From: Candidatus Iainarchaeum sp.
Lineage (GTDB): Archaea; Iainarchaeota; Iainarchaeia; Iainarchaeales; JAZDDZ01
Length of the DNA: 64,000 nt
Assembly: GCA_043809245.1 (NCBI GenBank)
Contig: JAZDDZ010000054.1
Span: 36,838-100,837, forward strand
Direction: 5' to 3'
Below, piece after piece: positions 18,347 through 27,736 of the stretch. The notes below the pieces were generated by a model. The model was not told the origin of the DNA and made no database searches. It was given only the letters and a program-made list of their open reading frames with translations. Positions within the stretch are counted from its first letter, which is position 1; every line of letters begins with the position of its first letter. Position numbers and translations under genes: made by a program.

Positions 18347-18841
18347 TTGCTGATGGTTATTTTCTCCCCAATCATAGACATTGCATTGGTTGCCTTTGGC
18401 TTGGCATTGGTTTCAATGGTCCTGCAGGTGAAGCTTTTCAAGAAAAGGGAGAAGGCATTAATTCAGAAAAAAATCAAGGAAATACAGAAAAAAATAAGCG
18501 AGCTCACAAAAAAAGGCGGGGACAAAAAGGAAATTGACAGGCTGCAGGAGGAAATGTTAAAGCTGTTGAACGAGCAGATGAAGGACATGCCAAAGCAGAT
18601 GATTGTCTCAATGATAATCTTCCTTCCCCCATTTTACTTCATCCGCGAAATTTACGGAAACAGCATTCACATGCTGCATCCTTTCGGCCTTGACATACCC
18701 CTTTTTGGAACAACAATGGGCTGGTTTGAGGTGTACATAATTTGCTCGCTTATCTCGAGCCTTGTGCTGAATGCAATTGTTGACGCTTACGAGAAAAATA
18801 AAGTAAAAAATGAAAACGGAAACAAAATTGTTAAGGGATAA
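18347..18841 (+). CDS. DUF106 / archaeal Oxa1-YidC-like (EMC3-like) membrane insertase
   Basis: TM - coiled-coil (KKIKEIQKKISELTKK) - TM-TM topology. Conserved position downstream of secY in archaeal r-protein clusters. Confidence 0.55.
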   Translation: MLMVIFSPIIDIALVAFGLALVSMVLQVKLFKKREKALIQKKIKEIQKKISELTKKGGDKKEIDRLQEEMLKLLNEQMKDMPKQMIVSMIIFLPPFYFIREIYGNSIHMLHPFGLDIPLFGTTMGWFEVYIICSLISSLVLNAIVDAYEKNKVKNENGNKIVKG

Positions 18842-19186
18842 TTGATGCCGAGAAGAAGCCAAAGGTCAAAGAGCAAAAAGTTCAGGAAGACTCCTGGGGG
18901 AAAAACAAAGACGCATTACTTTAAGGGCAAGGGAAGCAAGCACGAGTGCGCTTCATGCGGAAAGCAATTGCACGGAGTGCCGCATTCAAGGAAAAACTTT
19001 GAGGTAAGGAACCTTTCGAAAAGCCAGAGAAGGCCAAGCGCATTGTTCGGCGGCGTGCTCTGCGGAAAATGCAGGCGCATTGTTGTAGAGGAAACCGCAA
19101 AAGTAAAGCACGGATTGAAGGAAGCGGGGGATGTTTCGCTTTCGTTGAAAAAATTCGTGGAACAGGCAATGAAAAAAGTTGATTAA
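18842..19186 (+). CDS. rpl34e: Ribosomal protein eL34
   Basis: MMPRRSQRSKSKKFRKTPGGKTKTHYFKGKGSKHECASCGKQLHGV. Confidence 0.8.
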   Translation: MMPRRSQRSKSKKFRKTPGGKTKTHYFKGKGSKHECASCGKQLHGVPHSRKNFEVRNLSKSQRRPSALFGGVLCGKCRRIVVEETAKVKHGLKEAGDVSLSLKKFVEQAMKKVD

Positions 19187-19424
19187 GGGAATGTTTATGG
19201 CTGGAGCAATAGAGATTGGAAGCATTTGCGTTAAGACCACTGGCAGAAGCGCGGGAAAAACCGCTGTAGTGGTTGACTTTGACAAGGAAGGCTTTGCGGT
19301 TATTGACGGCACTGCGCTGAAAAGAAAAAAATGCAATATAAGGCATTTATTGCCCACTGGAAAAAAAGTTGAGATAAAAAAAGGCGCCTCGCACGAAGAA
19401 GTGGTTAAAAAATTAAAGGGGTAA
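19179..19424 (+). CDS. rpl14e: Ribosomal protein eL14 (KOW)
   Basis: AIEIGSICVKTTGRSAGKTAVVVDFDKEGFAVIDG...NIRHLLPTGKKVEIKKGASHEEV. Confidence 0.7.
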   Translation: MIKGMFMAGAIEIGSICVKTTGRSAGKTAVVVDFDKEGFAVIDGTALKRKKCNIRHLLPTGKKVEIKKGASHEEVVKKLKG

Positions 19425-19433
19425 TTGGTTTTT

Positions 19434-20063
19434 ATGGCTGAAGAAAAACAGGAAAAGAAAGGCGCACAGCAGAAAGACGGGGGCCAGCGCCAGCACAAGC
19501 AGCCTTACTCAAAAGACCTGAGGCTCAGGGCAAGGGACACAGAAGACAAGGATGTTAGGTACATTGTCAGAATTGCGGGAAAGGACCTTGACGGAAGCCT
19601 TCCGGTTTACCATGCGGTTCAGTCAATTAAGGGAATAGGCCAGAGAATGGGAAAAATAATCGCATTTGCGTTTGAAAAGGAATCAGGCATTGGCTCTGAA
19701 ACTCCTTTGGGAAAAATTCCCGAAGACAAGGACAAGGCATTGGAGGAAATAGTTCTGCATCCCGAGAAATTCGGGGCGCCTTCATGGACACTTAACAAGC
19801 GCAGGGACTTTGAAACAGGCTTGGACTGGCACCCTGTAATGAACGACTGGGATTTTGGAATAAGAAAAGACGTGCAGAGAATGGCGGAGACAAAATCTTA
19901 CAAGGGATTAAGGCACATGTGGGGCCAGCCAGTGAGAGGGCAAAGGACAAAGAGCACGCACAGGGGCAAAGGCCCTGTTGTAGGGGTAATGAAGAAAGAC
20001 GCAGGCAAGCCAGGCGCCGCGGCAGCACCCGGGGCAAAAGGCGAAAAGGAAAAAAAGAAATAA
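19434..20063 (+). CDS. rps13: Ribosomal protein uS13 with N- and C-terminal low-complexity extensions
   Basis: IVRIAGKDLDGSLPVYHAVQSIKGIGQRMGKIIAF...GLRHMWGQPVRGQRTKS. Confidence 0.88.
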   Translation: MAEEKQEKKGAQQKDGGQRQHKQPYSKDLRLRARDTEDKDVRYIVRIAGKDLDGSLPVYHAVQSIKGIGQRMGKIIAFAFEKESGIGSETPLGKIPEDKDKALEEIVLHPEKFGAPSWTLNKRRDFETGLDWHPVMNDWDFGIRKDVQRMAETKSYKGLRHMWGQPVRGQRTKSTHRGKGPVVGVMKKDAGKPGAAAAPGAKGEKEKKK

Positions 20064-20074
20064 AAAAAGGAGCT

Positions 20075-20165
20075 AAGATGAAATAAAAATCTGCGGAGGA
20101 AGGGGGTCAGGAAGACCCTGAAACTGGGGGGAAACCCTAGGTTTCCCGCGGTTTGGAAGGAAAAG
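20075..20165 (+). promoter_or_regulatory. Conserved promoter + 5'-leader cassette, copy B (GGGAAACC-CTA-GGTTTCCC hairpin, then GCGGTTTGGAAGG), upstream of rps4
   Basis: Same cassette as 12241-12330. Confidence 0.6.
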
Positions 20166-20180
20166 AAAAAGTGATGATTT

Positions 20181-20813
20181 ATGGGCGACCCGAAAAAAAC
20201 CTCAAGGCAGTATGAAAGGCCGAAAAAAAGATGGCAGAAGCAGAGGATAGAGAGCGAGAAGAAGATACTTGAAATCTACGGCCTGAAAAACAAAAGGGAA
20301 TTAAGGAGAGCCGAGACAATTTTAAGGAAGAAAAGGCAGAGCGCAAGAAAGCTCCTTGCATTGCCTTTGGAGAAAAGGGAGAAAAAGGAACGCGAACTCG
20401 TTGAAAGCCTGATTAGAATGGGGCTGTTCAAGGCAAAGGCAACAGCCGACGACATCTTAAGCCTTTCAATTGAGGAACTTCTTGAGAGAAGGCTGCAGAC
20501 AATCATCTGGAGAAAAAACCTGGCAAAGACAGTCAAGCAGGCAAGGCAGTTCATCGCCCATGGGCACATTGCGGTTAACGGAGTAAAGACAACAAGCCCG
20601 AGCTACATTGTAAGGCACGGCGAAGAGGCAAAAATAGCCTATTACAAGAGGCCGATAATGCTTGAACCCCCAAAAAAAGACTCAAAGGAAAAAATGAAGA
20701 AAGCATTCGAGGAAGCAGCGCCCGCAGCAATTGAAGCCGCAGAGGAAGCAAAGGCAGGGGCAGTTGAAGCCGCGGCTGAAAAGAAAGAAACTCCTGTGGA
20801 GGCAAAGCAATGA
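20181..20813 (+). CDS. rps4: Ribosomal protein uS4 with an A/E-rich tail
   Basis: [39 protein letters not shown]...[19 protein letters not shown] (S4 domain). Confidence 0.9.
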   Translation: MGDPKKTSRQYERPKKRWQKQRIESEKKILEIYGLKNKRELRRAETILRKKRQSARKLLALPLEKREKKERELVESLIRMGLFKAKATADDILSLSIEELLERRLQTIIWRKNLAKTVKQARQFIAHGHIAVNGVKTTSPSYIVRHGEEAKIAYYKRPIMLEPPKKDSKEKMKKAFEEAAPAAIEAAEEAKAGAVEAAAEKKETPVEAKQ

Positions 20814-21202
20814 GCGACAAAATAAAGCGCGGAATAATCCACATTTACGCATCGCACAACAACACAATTATTTTGCTTACAGACCCCACTGGAGCGGAAA
20901 CGATTGCAAAGTGCTCCGGGGGCATGGTTGTAAAGGCACAGCACAAAGAGGGCTCCCCTTATGCTGCAATGAAGGTAGCGGAAATCGTGGCGGAAAAGGC
21001 AAGGGAAAAAGGGATAACTAATGTCAAGATAAGGGTCAGGGCACAGGGAGGCATCAAGCCCCGTTCACCAGGCCAGGGCGCCGAGGCCGCAATTGTTTCG
21101 CTTACAAGGCACGGAATGATGATAGAGGACATTGAAAATGTCACGCCTTTGCCTCACGACGGCTGCAGGAGAAAAAAAAGGAACAGGAGCAAAAAAACTT
21201 AA
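20810..21202 (+). CDS. rps11: Ribosomal protein uS11
   Basis: [46 protein letters not shown]. Confidence 0.9.
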   Translation: MSDKIKRGIIHIYASHNNTIILLTDPTGAETIAKCSGGMVVKAQHKEGSPYAAMKVAEIVAEKAREKGITNVKIRVRAQGGIKPRSPGQGAEAAIVSLTRHGMMIEDIENVTPLPHDGCRRKKRNRSKKT

Positions 21203-21240
21203 TTGCAAATAAAAATGCATGAAAATTATTTGAAGGTGAA

Positions 21241-21822
21241 ATGAAAATGGAAGTAAAAGTTGTTTCGGATAAGGGCGCAATGCTGAAGTTCTCGGTTAAG
21301 GGAACTGATTCCGCGTTCGCGAACGCGTTGAGGAGAACTGTAATGAACAACGTGCCGGTTTTCGCGATAGAGGATGTCTCGTTTTACGAGAACAGCGGCG
21401 TGGTATTCGATGAAATGCTTGCGCACAGGCTTGCACTGCTGCCAATCAAAATGGATTTAAAGCACTACAAGGAAGGCGAAAGCGTCACAATGATGCTTGA
21501 AAAGGAAGGCCCTGGAATGGTGTACAGCAAGGACGTGAAAAGCACTGACCCCAAAATAGAGGTCATAGACAAAAGGATTCCCCTCACAAAGCTCAAAAAA
21601 GGGCAGAAGCTAAAGATTGAAATGAAGGCAGTGGCTGGAGTGGGAAAAGAGCACGCCAAATGGCAGCCCGCAATAATCGCTTACGAACAGCACGGCGAGG
21701 ACGCATTCACTTTCATGATGGAAAGCCACGGCAACCTCGACAACGGGGAAACAGTGAAGGCGGCAGTTGAAAGGTTAAGGGAGAAAACCGCGGAATTCAA
21801 GAAAGCATTAAAAGACATCTGA
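21241..21822 (+). CDS. rpoD: DNA-directed RNA polymerase subunit D (Rpo3), short form
   Basis: SAFANALRRTVMNNVPVFAIEDVSFYENSGVVFDEMLAHRLALLPIK. Canonical position after rps11. Confidence 0.72.
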   Translation: MKMEVKVVSDKGAMLKFSVKGTDSAFANALRRTVMNNVPVFAIEDVSFYENSGVVFDEMLAHRLALLPIKMDLKHYKEGESVTMMLEKEGPGMVYSKDVKSTDPKIEVIDKRIPLTKLKKGQKLKIEMKAVAGVGKEHAKWQPAIIAYEQHGEDAFTFMMESHGNLDNGETVKAAVERLREKTAEFKKALKDI

Positions 21823-21843
21823 GGTGGAAGATAGTTAGGCAAT

Positions 21844-21979
21844 GCAGGGGTACCGAAGCGGCTAAACGGGCGGGACTTAAGATGCTTGCAGGAAAAATTG
21901 CAATTGTTTTTTTTAAGCAGAAAAGCGGAGGAAATCCCGTGGCTTAGTGCCTTCAGCGGTTCGAATCCGCTCCCCTGCA
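21844..21979 (+). tRNA. tRNA-Leu (anticodon UAA) with a 52-nt intron at canonical position 37/38 (21883-21934)
   Basis: The acceptor stem GCAGGGG/CCCCTGC is a perfect 7 bp. Anticodon stem CGGGA/TCCCG. Loop CTTAAGA. Long variable arm GGC-TTAGT-GCC. T-arm AGCGG-TTCGAAT-CCGCT. Discriminator A. Confidence 0.8.
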
Positions 21980-22022
21980 AAAAAAAACCATTAAAAGGAA
22001 AAATGAAAAAAAGTGAAATGAA

Positions 22023-22391
22023 ATGAAGAGAACAGGCCCCACCAAGAAAAGCATGAGAGAGCTTGTCGTTGCCTTTGAAAAAAAAGGCAAAAAGGAAAAG
22101 CAGGCAATCTGGCTAAGGGTATCGAAAATGGTTAACGCGCCCAGAAGGAAAAGGGCAGAGGTAAGCCTCTGGCGCATTGAAGGCCTGGCGAAAAAAGCAA
22201 AGGGAAAAACGCTTGTGGTTGCGGGAAAGGTAATAGGCTCGGGCGCGCTCGGCGAAAAAATGAGCATCGCGGCGCTTGAATTCAGTTCCGGGGCAAAAAA
22301 AGCAATTGAAGATGCAAAGGGAAAGACCATTGACTTGGCGCAGTATGTCACTGAAAAAGTGAATGCCGCGGAATTAAAGTTAGTGAAATGA
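22023..22391 (+). CDS. rpl18e: Ribosomal protein eL18
   Basis: AIWLRVSKMVNAPRRKRAEVSLWRIEGLAKKAKGKTLVVAGKV. Confidence 0.78.
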   Translation: MKRTGPTKKSMRELVVAFEKKGKKEKQAIWLRVSKMVNAPRRKRAEVSLWRIEGLAKKAKGKTLVVAGKVIGSGALGEKMSIAALEFSSGAKKAIEDAKGKTIDLAQYVTEKVNAAELKLVK

Positions 22392-22401
22392 GAAAAAGGT
22401 T

Positions 22402-22842
22402 TTGATGCTTATGGACGGAGAAGTAATTGATGGCACGAATGCCGTGCTTGGAAGGCTTTCATCGATTGTGGCATCAAAGGCGCTTAAGGGAGAAAAGGTC
22501 CTGATAGTGAATGCGGAAAAAATAGTGGTTAGCGGGAAAAAGGAGATTCACTTTGCGGATTTCCAGCACAAGATTGACCTGAAGTCAAAGGGAAACCCGA
22601 GGAAAGGCCCGAAGTATTCGAGGACTCCGCATAAAATGGTTAAGAAAACAATTGAGGGAATGATGCCCAACAGCAGGAGAGGCGAAAAAGCGATAAAAAA
22701 CGTAAGGGTATTCATCGGCGTGCCGGAAGAGCTCAAGGGAAAGGAAAACGAAATAAAAAAGCTGCCGGGAACGGAAAGGAAGTTCAAGGCAAAATACATT
22801 ACGATTGGCGAGTTAAGCGAACACTTTGGAATGAAATGGTGA
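22402..22842 (+). CDS. rpl13: Ribosomal protein uL13
   Basis: VIDGTNAVLGRLSSIVASKALKGEKVLIVNAEKIVVSG. Confidence 0.85.
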   Translation: MMLMDGEVIDGTNAVLGRLSSIVASKALKGEKVLIVNAEKIVVSGKKEIHFADFQHKIDLKSKGNPRKGPKYSRTPHKMVKKTIEGMMPNSRRGEKAIKNVRVFIGVPEELKGKENEIKKLPGTERKFKAKYITIGELSEHFGMKW

Positions 22843-22846
22843 AAAT

Positions 22847-23272
22847 ATGCCGAAAAAGAAAAGAAAATCAAAGGCAAAGGGAATCCATGTAAAGGCAAAG
22901 AAAAAGGAGGCCGTTGCAAGGGCGACAATAAAGGCCGGAAAAGGCATCGTGAAAGTAAACCACCTGGCAATTGACGCGATTACCCCGCACTACGTGCATG
23001 AACTTATTAAGGAACCAATTTACATTGCAGGGGACTTGTGCAACGGAGTTGACATAATTGTTGAGGTAAGGGGCGGGGGATTCATGGGCCAGGCGATTGC
23101 AGCAAGGGGCGCAATTGCAAAGGCACTGGTTGAATTCACGGGTGACGAAAAACTCCGCAAAACTTTTATGAATTATGACAGGCTATTGCTTGTGGATGAC
23201 GCGAGAAGAGTGGAATCCAAGAAGCCGCTTGGTCCAAAGGCAAGGGCAAAGAAGCAGAAAAGCAAAAGATGA
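22847..23272 (+). CDS. rps9: Ribosomal protein uS9
   Basis: GGGFMGQAIAARGAIAKALVEF...KKPLGPKARAKKQKSKR. Confidence 0.9.
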   Translation: MPKKKRKSKAKGIHVKAKKKEAVARATIKAGKGIVKVNHLAIDAITPHYVHELIKEPIYIAGDLCNGVDIIVEVRGGGFMGQAIAARGAIAKALVEFTGDEKLRKTFMNYDRLLLVDDARRVESKKPLGPKARAKKQKSKR

Positions 23273-23302
23273 CGAAAGGGTTTTTTTAGGGGTGAAAGGA
23301 AA

Positions 23303-23500
23303 ATGATTGTTCCAATAAGGTGTTTTTCATGTGGAAAAGTCCTGGCACAGGACTACGAGGAATACGTGAAAAGGACCTCTGAAAAAAAGGAGACACCGGA
23401 AAAAGTGCTCGACGAACTGGGCATTAAAAGGTATTGCTGCAGGCGCACGATTTTCTCGCACGTCGACTTAATCGACGAGATAATGAAGTACAACGTTTAA
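23303..23500 (+). CDS. rpoN: RNA polymerase subunit N (Rpo10)
   Basis: [21 protein letters not shown]...[18 protein letters not shown]. Confidence 0.85.
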   Translation: MIVPIRCFSCGKVLAQDYEEYVKRTSEKKETPEKVLDELGIKRYCCRRTIFSHVDLIDEIMKYNV

Positions 23501-23524
23501 CGGTTTAACAGACGGTGAAAAAAA

Positions 23525-24283
23525 ATGGCTGAAAAATCCAAGGCATTAATTGAAGGGGACAGGTATCTGCAGAGCGGAATACACATCGGCACAAGGTTCA
23601 AGAGCGGGGAAATGCGAAGATTCATTTACCGCGTAAGAAAGGACGGATTGAATGTATTCGACATCTCAACCGTTGATGAAAAAATAGCTGTTGCGGCAAA
23701 ATTCATTGCACAGTTCCCAAATGAAAGGATTGCGGTTGTGGCTAGAAAGCTTTACGCTTCAACCCCTGTGAAATCATTCGCTGACGCCATCGGCGCAAAG
23801 GCATTCACTGCAAGGTTTGTGCCCGGCACTTTCACCAACCCCACTTCAAAAATATTCTTCGAGCCAAGGGTTGTAATTGTAACCGAATCAGAGCCGGATT
23901 CACAGGCAATAGAGGAGGCAACACGCATTAAGGTGCCGGTTGTCGCGCTATGCAGCACAAACAACTCAACAAAAAACGTGGACATAGTTGTCCCGATGAA
24001 CAACAAGGGAAGGAAAAGCCTTGCACTGGCCTACTGGCTGCTTGCAACGGAAATACTCAAGGCAAAAGGCGAAATCAAGGCGGATACTGATTTTCCAAAA
24101 ACTCCGGAAGACTTTGAATACAAGCTGAAAGAAGGCGACATACAGGAAGGCGAGGACTCAGGCTATGATGAAAGAGGCCGCGGAAGAAGAAGCGGATTCA
24201 AAGGCAAAATGACCGGAAGGCCAGGCCTAAAGAGGGGCAAGCCTGAAAGCGGAAGAACTAACACCAGAAGAAAGAGAGACTAA
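23525..24283 (+). CDS. rps2: Ribosomal protein uS2 with a basic/acidic tail
   Basis: LQSGIHIGTRFKSGEMRRFIYRVRKDGLNVFDISTVDEKI...VPVVALCSTNNS. Confidence 0.9.
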   Translation: MAEKSKALIEGDRYLQSGIHIGTRFKSGEMRRFIYRVRKDGLNVFDISTVDEKIAVAAKFIAQFPNERIAVVARKLYASTPVKSFADAIGAKAFTARFVPGTFTNPTSKIFFEPRVVIVTESEPDSQAIEEATRIKVPVVALCSTNNSTKNVDIVVPMNNKGRKSLALAYWLLATEILKAKGEIKADTDFPKTPEDFEYKLKEGDIQEGEDSGYDERGRGRRSGFKGKMTGRPGLKRGKPESGRTNTRRKRD

Positions 24284-25101
24284 TGGCTCAAGCAACCCGT
24301 GAAGCTGCTGTCGCAGGGCAGTTTTATCCCCGCGACAGGGAATTACTAAAAAAGCAGATTTCTGATTTTATTTCAAAAGCAAAAAAGTCCGGGCAAAAAG
24401 AAAAAAGCAGCGCAGTTATAGCGCCGCATGCAGGGCTTATTTATTCGGGGCAGACAGCGGCTTATTCATTCAATGCCCTACAAGCTGCGGAAACATTTCT
24501 CATTGTTTCGCCGAACCACACAGGCGTGGGGGAAAGAATAAGCGTTTTTCCCGCGGGAAAATGGGAAATGCCCTTGGGCGAAATTGAAATTGATTGGAAG
24601 CTAAGCGAAAAAATCTGCTTGGAATTGGGAATTGAACCTGATGAAAGCGCGCACATAGGCGAGCACTCGATTGAAGTGCAGCTTCCGTTTCTCCAATTCG
24701 TTTACGGAAACAAATTTAGGCTCGTTGCAATAACCATCGCGGAGAACAGGCTGCGGGAACTGAAAAAACTCGGGGAGGCGATTGCCAATGCATGCAAGGG
24801 CGAAAGCGTTTCCCTAATTGCCTCAAGCGATTTCAGCCACTTCATTCCGCTTAAAGCCGCAAAAAAAAGGGATTCGGAGGCAATTGGCTTCATTGAAAGG
24901 ATTGACTTGGACGGATTCCACAAAACGGTTTTGGAAAAGTATTACAGCATCTGCGGCTTTGCCCCGATAACCGCGCTGATGCATTGCTGCAAAATAAACG
25001 GGTTCAAGGGCGCTGAACTTTTGCGCTATGACTCCAGCGCAACTGAGAGCGGCGATGAGGGAAGCGTTGTCGGTTACGCGGCAATCAAATTTTTAAAGTA
25101 A
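24283..25101 (+). CDS. MEMO1 / AmmeMemoRadiSam-system protein B family
   Basis: VAGQFYPRDRELLKKQI...VIAPHAGLIYSGQTAAYSF...SSDFSHF matches the Memo-like fold. Confidence 0.72.
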   Translation: MAQATREAAVAGQFYPRDRELLKKQISDFISKAKKSGQKEKSSAVIAPHAGLIYSGQTAAYSFNALQAAETFLIVSPNHTGVGERISVFPAGKWEMPLGEIEIDWKLSEKICLELGIEPDESAHIGEHSIEVQLPFLQFVYGNKFRLVAITIAENRLRELKKLGEAIANACKGESVSLIASSDFSHFIPLKAAKKRDSEAIGFIERIDLDGFHKTVLEKYYSICGFAPITALMHCCKINGFKGAELLRYDSSATESGDEGSVVGYAAIKFLK

Positions 25102-25129
25102 AAGCCGCTTATTTATTCGGCGGATACGA

Positions 25130-25918
25130 TTGAATGCAACCGAACTCCTGTGGAAATTCAAGGCATCACTGCTGCTTTTATTTCTCATTCTCTTAAGCTA
25201 TGTTTTGCTTTCAAAGGGCGCTTTCTTCATTCCACTTGAATCGCTTTTGGCGGTTTCATTCAACGCGCAGATGCCCCTGAATATTTTTTTCTACGAATTC
25301 ATTCACACAGGCGTTTTCCACCTATCCGCAAACCTATTGTCGCTTCTCTTTTTCGCGCTTATTTTGGAGGCAGCGCTTTCCTCGCTTGATGTGGTGCTCG
25401 TGTTTCTTTTCTCCGGAACGCTTGCGGCAATTGTTTTTTCCTCGCTTAACCCTGCAACTGCAATGATTGGCGCGAGCGCGGGAATAAGCGGATTGTTTGG
25501 CGCTGCGTTTTCATTGAAGCCCTTGAAAACGCTTATTGCGACGGCTGCGGCTTTGGCTCTTCTTTACTTTGCGGTTGCGCCCGCGCTTTCATTTGCAATC
25601 GGGGAATTTGAAGCAAACTCAACGCAAAAGATTTCAGCGCTTGAACTGGATTTGAACAGGGCACGGGAACAGGGTGACCTGAACAAGGCTGCAGTGATTT
25701 CCAAAAAGCTAACTGAATCAAAAAAAGAGATTGAAAAATTCGGCGAGGGAAAAGAATTCGAAATCAAGACAAGCACTGATTTCTTTGTGCACGGCTATGC
25801 CGCCGCGTTCGGCTTCCTTTACGTTTTCTTATTCAGGAGAAAAAAGTTCTCGGAAGCAATGAAGGGGATAAGAGAGAAAAGAATTGCAGTTCAGGGAAAG
25901 ATTTTTGGAAAAAAATAA
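25130..25918 (+). CDS. Rhomboid-family intramembrane serine protease with an inserted amphipathic loop
   Basis: Multi-TM. GASAGISGLFGAAF (GxSxxxxG serine motif) and distal VHGYAAAFGFL (TM6 His). A ~60-aa charged insert sits between them. Confidence 0.5.
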   Translation: MNATELLWKFKASLLLLFLILLSYVLLSKGAFFIPLESLLAVSFNAQMPLNIFFYEFIHTGVFHLSANLLSLLFFALILEAALSSLDVVLVFLFSGTLAAIVFSSLNPATAMIGASAGISGLFGAAFSLKPLKTLIATAAALALLYFAVAPALSFAIGEFEANSTQKISALELDLNRAREQGDLNKAAVISKKLTESKKEIEKFGEGKEFEIKTSTDFFVHGYAAAFGFLYVFLFRRKKFSEAMKGIREKRIAVQGKIFGKK

Positions 25919-26075
25919 GATTGGCTTAAAACAGCAGCCTGCTAAGTATTTATTTTTTAATGTCTGCCTCTCCTTATCCATTTTTCAGCGGAAGTTGTAA
26001 TGTCCATGATTCACTTTCTTTGGTTCCTAGGTGATTCGCTTATTTTTTAGTTAATCATCTGTTTTTAGGGCGTCT

Positions 26076-26444
26076 TTAGTCAGCTATCCTCCTACGCGGT
26101 TTGTCTTTTAATTTGCGGCCTTTTCGGACAACTCCTCTTCTAGTTGCAGTCACGCGGTCGCCAGGATTTAACCCATACCTAATTCCAAGGTCATCAGCCT
26201 TTGCATCTATGCCCCCCATTAAATTTGCAGCCCCTACTTCGCGGCCAGCTATCAGTGTTTGGGCTTTTGAGTATTTCCTTCTTTCTTTTCCTTCAGACAA
26301 TACCTGCTGCCTTGAGAGATCTCTTCTCCCGAGATCTATGCCTGAAAGTCTTAAAACTTGGGCCGGGTATTCCCCGCCGCTACGTATAAGCCTACCTCTA
26401 AACGTGCTGACCCTATTACGTTTACGTTTTATTCTTTGCCTCAT
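26076..26444 (-). CDS. Hypothetical small very basic protein (identity unresolved; may be spurious)
   Basis: The ORF (GTG at 26510 or ATG at 26444) encodes an R/K-rich polypeptide (MRQRIKRKRNRVSTFRGRLIRSGGEYPAQVLRLSGID...). It sits immediately downstream of the trmB-like gene. No confident family match by eye. Confidence 0.22.
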   Translation of the reverse strand: MRQRIKRKRNRVSTFRGRLIRSGGEYPAQVLRLSGIDLGRRDLSRQQVLSEGKERRKYSKAQTLIAGREVGAANLMGGIDAKADDLGIRYGLNPGDRVTATRRGVVRKGRKLKDKPRRRIAD

Positions 26445-26506
26445 TTTTGGTATTATTGCTCCAACCAATATAATCCATCCCCTTTTTTTGTTCAAACCAC
26501 ATTCAA

Positions 26507-27265
26507 TCACAATTTTTTTCCCTGTTTCCAGGAGTCGTCAAAGTGCTTTTGCAAGGCGTTAGCCATTGCCTTGTTGTCAGGCCAGATTGTGAAATGGTAT
26601 TCCGGCTGGTCTTTTGAGAAATCGCTTAACGCCATTACAACTTTTTTTCCGTCAATTATGTAAGCGTGCATTCCATGGTCAAAGTCCTTTACTGTTGCGC
26701 CGTGCTCTGAGAAATCCTTTGCGAGCCTGGCGCTTTCACCCGCGATTTTTCCAATGAGCTTTATTTCGATTTTTTTTGCCTTGGCATTCTTAATGTGGTC
26801 CTTGAGTAAGTGCTGTTCTTTGGAGAAATGCGTGAAGCCGGAAACAGATTCCTTTGCGGAATCAATTTCCTGGCCTAAAATGCGGGTGAAATCACTTTTG
26901 TCCTTTACCTTCATTACCTTTTCAATTGCTTCCTTTTGGCCTTCGCCGCTGAAGCTTCCCCTCAAATCCTTGGCTTTTTCCTCCAATTCCTTTAAACTGG
27001 CTTTTTTTTCGGATATAAGTGAATCAAAAACCCTTCCAACTTCAACAGAGCGGTATTTCTTTGGCCTGCCGTAAATTTCAATGATCAGGCCTTTCTTTGT
27101 AAGGCGCTCCAATACATCGTAAACCCTTGTCTTTGGAACCTGTGCAATGCGGCTGATTTCAGGGGCCTCGGCTTCCCTTAACTTGAACAAAGCGTTAAGG
27201 CTCTTTGCCTCGTATTCAGTCAAGCCAAGGTTTTCAAGAAAACCGTGAACCTCTGCTTCCGCCAT
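26507..27265 (-). CDS. TrmB-family transcriptional regulator
   Basis: N-terminal wHTH LGLTEYEAKSLNALFKLREAEAPEISRIAQVPKTRVYDVLERLTKKGLI plus a TrmB C-terminal domain. Confidence 0.72.
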   Translation of the reverse strand: MAEAEVHGFLENLGLTEYEAKSLNALFKLREAEAPEISRIAQVPKTRVYDVLERLTKKGLIIEIYGRPKKYRSVEVGRVFDSLISEKKASLKELEEKAKDLRGSFSGEGQKEAIEKVMKVKDKSDFTRILGQEIDSAKESVSGFTHFSKEQHLLKDHIKNAKAKKIEIKLIGKIAGESARLAKDFSEHGATVKDFDHGMHAYIIDGKKVVMALSDFSKDQPEYHFTIWPDNKAMANALQKHFDDSWKQGKKL

Positions 27266-27457
27266 CAAAACCGCCTCAACACATAAATATGGTAAAAAAC
27301 ATCAAATTATACTAAAGATAATGTCATAATTACTATATATAGTTTACTGCTTTCAGTTAAAAGGTGTCAGATGGATATTTCTGCATTTGACACACACCCT
27401 TCACACAACATTTTAATGAAAAGGTAGTGCAAAGGTAATGAAATATTTAAATACTGT

Positions 27458-27736
27458 TTGTTGCAGTTTATTCTTATGATTGTGGTCTGGACAAGGCATT
27501 CAAGGGAACGGTTCTTTGAGCGCCTGCTGATTTACGGTATAAACCTTGGAGAGGTTGAACAAAACATAATCGCGCAAAAAGTAAGGGAAAAGCAGGACGA
27601 TAGAACTGTTAAAACAGTCTTCAAGGTTCTTGATTATTATTTTACTGTGATAAAAGAGGAAACAAAAAAATATGCAAACGTTGTAAGCATCTGGGAGGCA
27701 AACGAAAAGGAGGTTGATTTATGGAGAAAAAAGTAG
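27458..27736 (+). CDS. Hypothetical protein (possible partner of the Zn-ribbon/AbrB protein)
   Basis: ORF only. Overlaps the next gene by 16 nt, suggesting coupling. Confidence 0.25.
   Translation: MLQFILMIVVWTRHSRERFFERLLIYGINLGEVEQNIIAQKVREKQDDRTVKTVFKVLDYYFTVIKEETKKYANVVSIWEANEKEVDLWRKK

Noticed and set aside
26101-26562. 153-aa plus-strand ORF downstream of the rhomboid gene
   Set aside because: Proline/leucine-rich nonsense composition. It overlaps the more plausible minus-strand basic ORF and the trmB 3' end.
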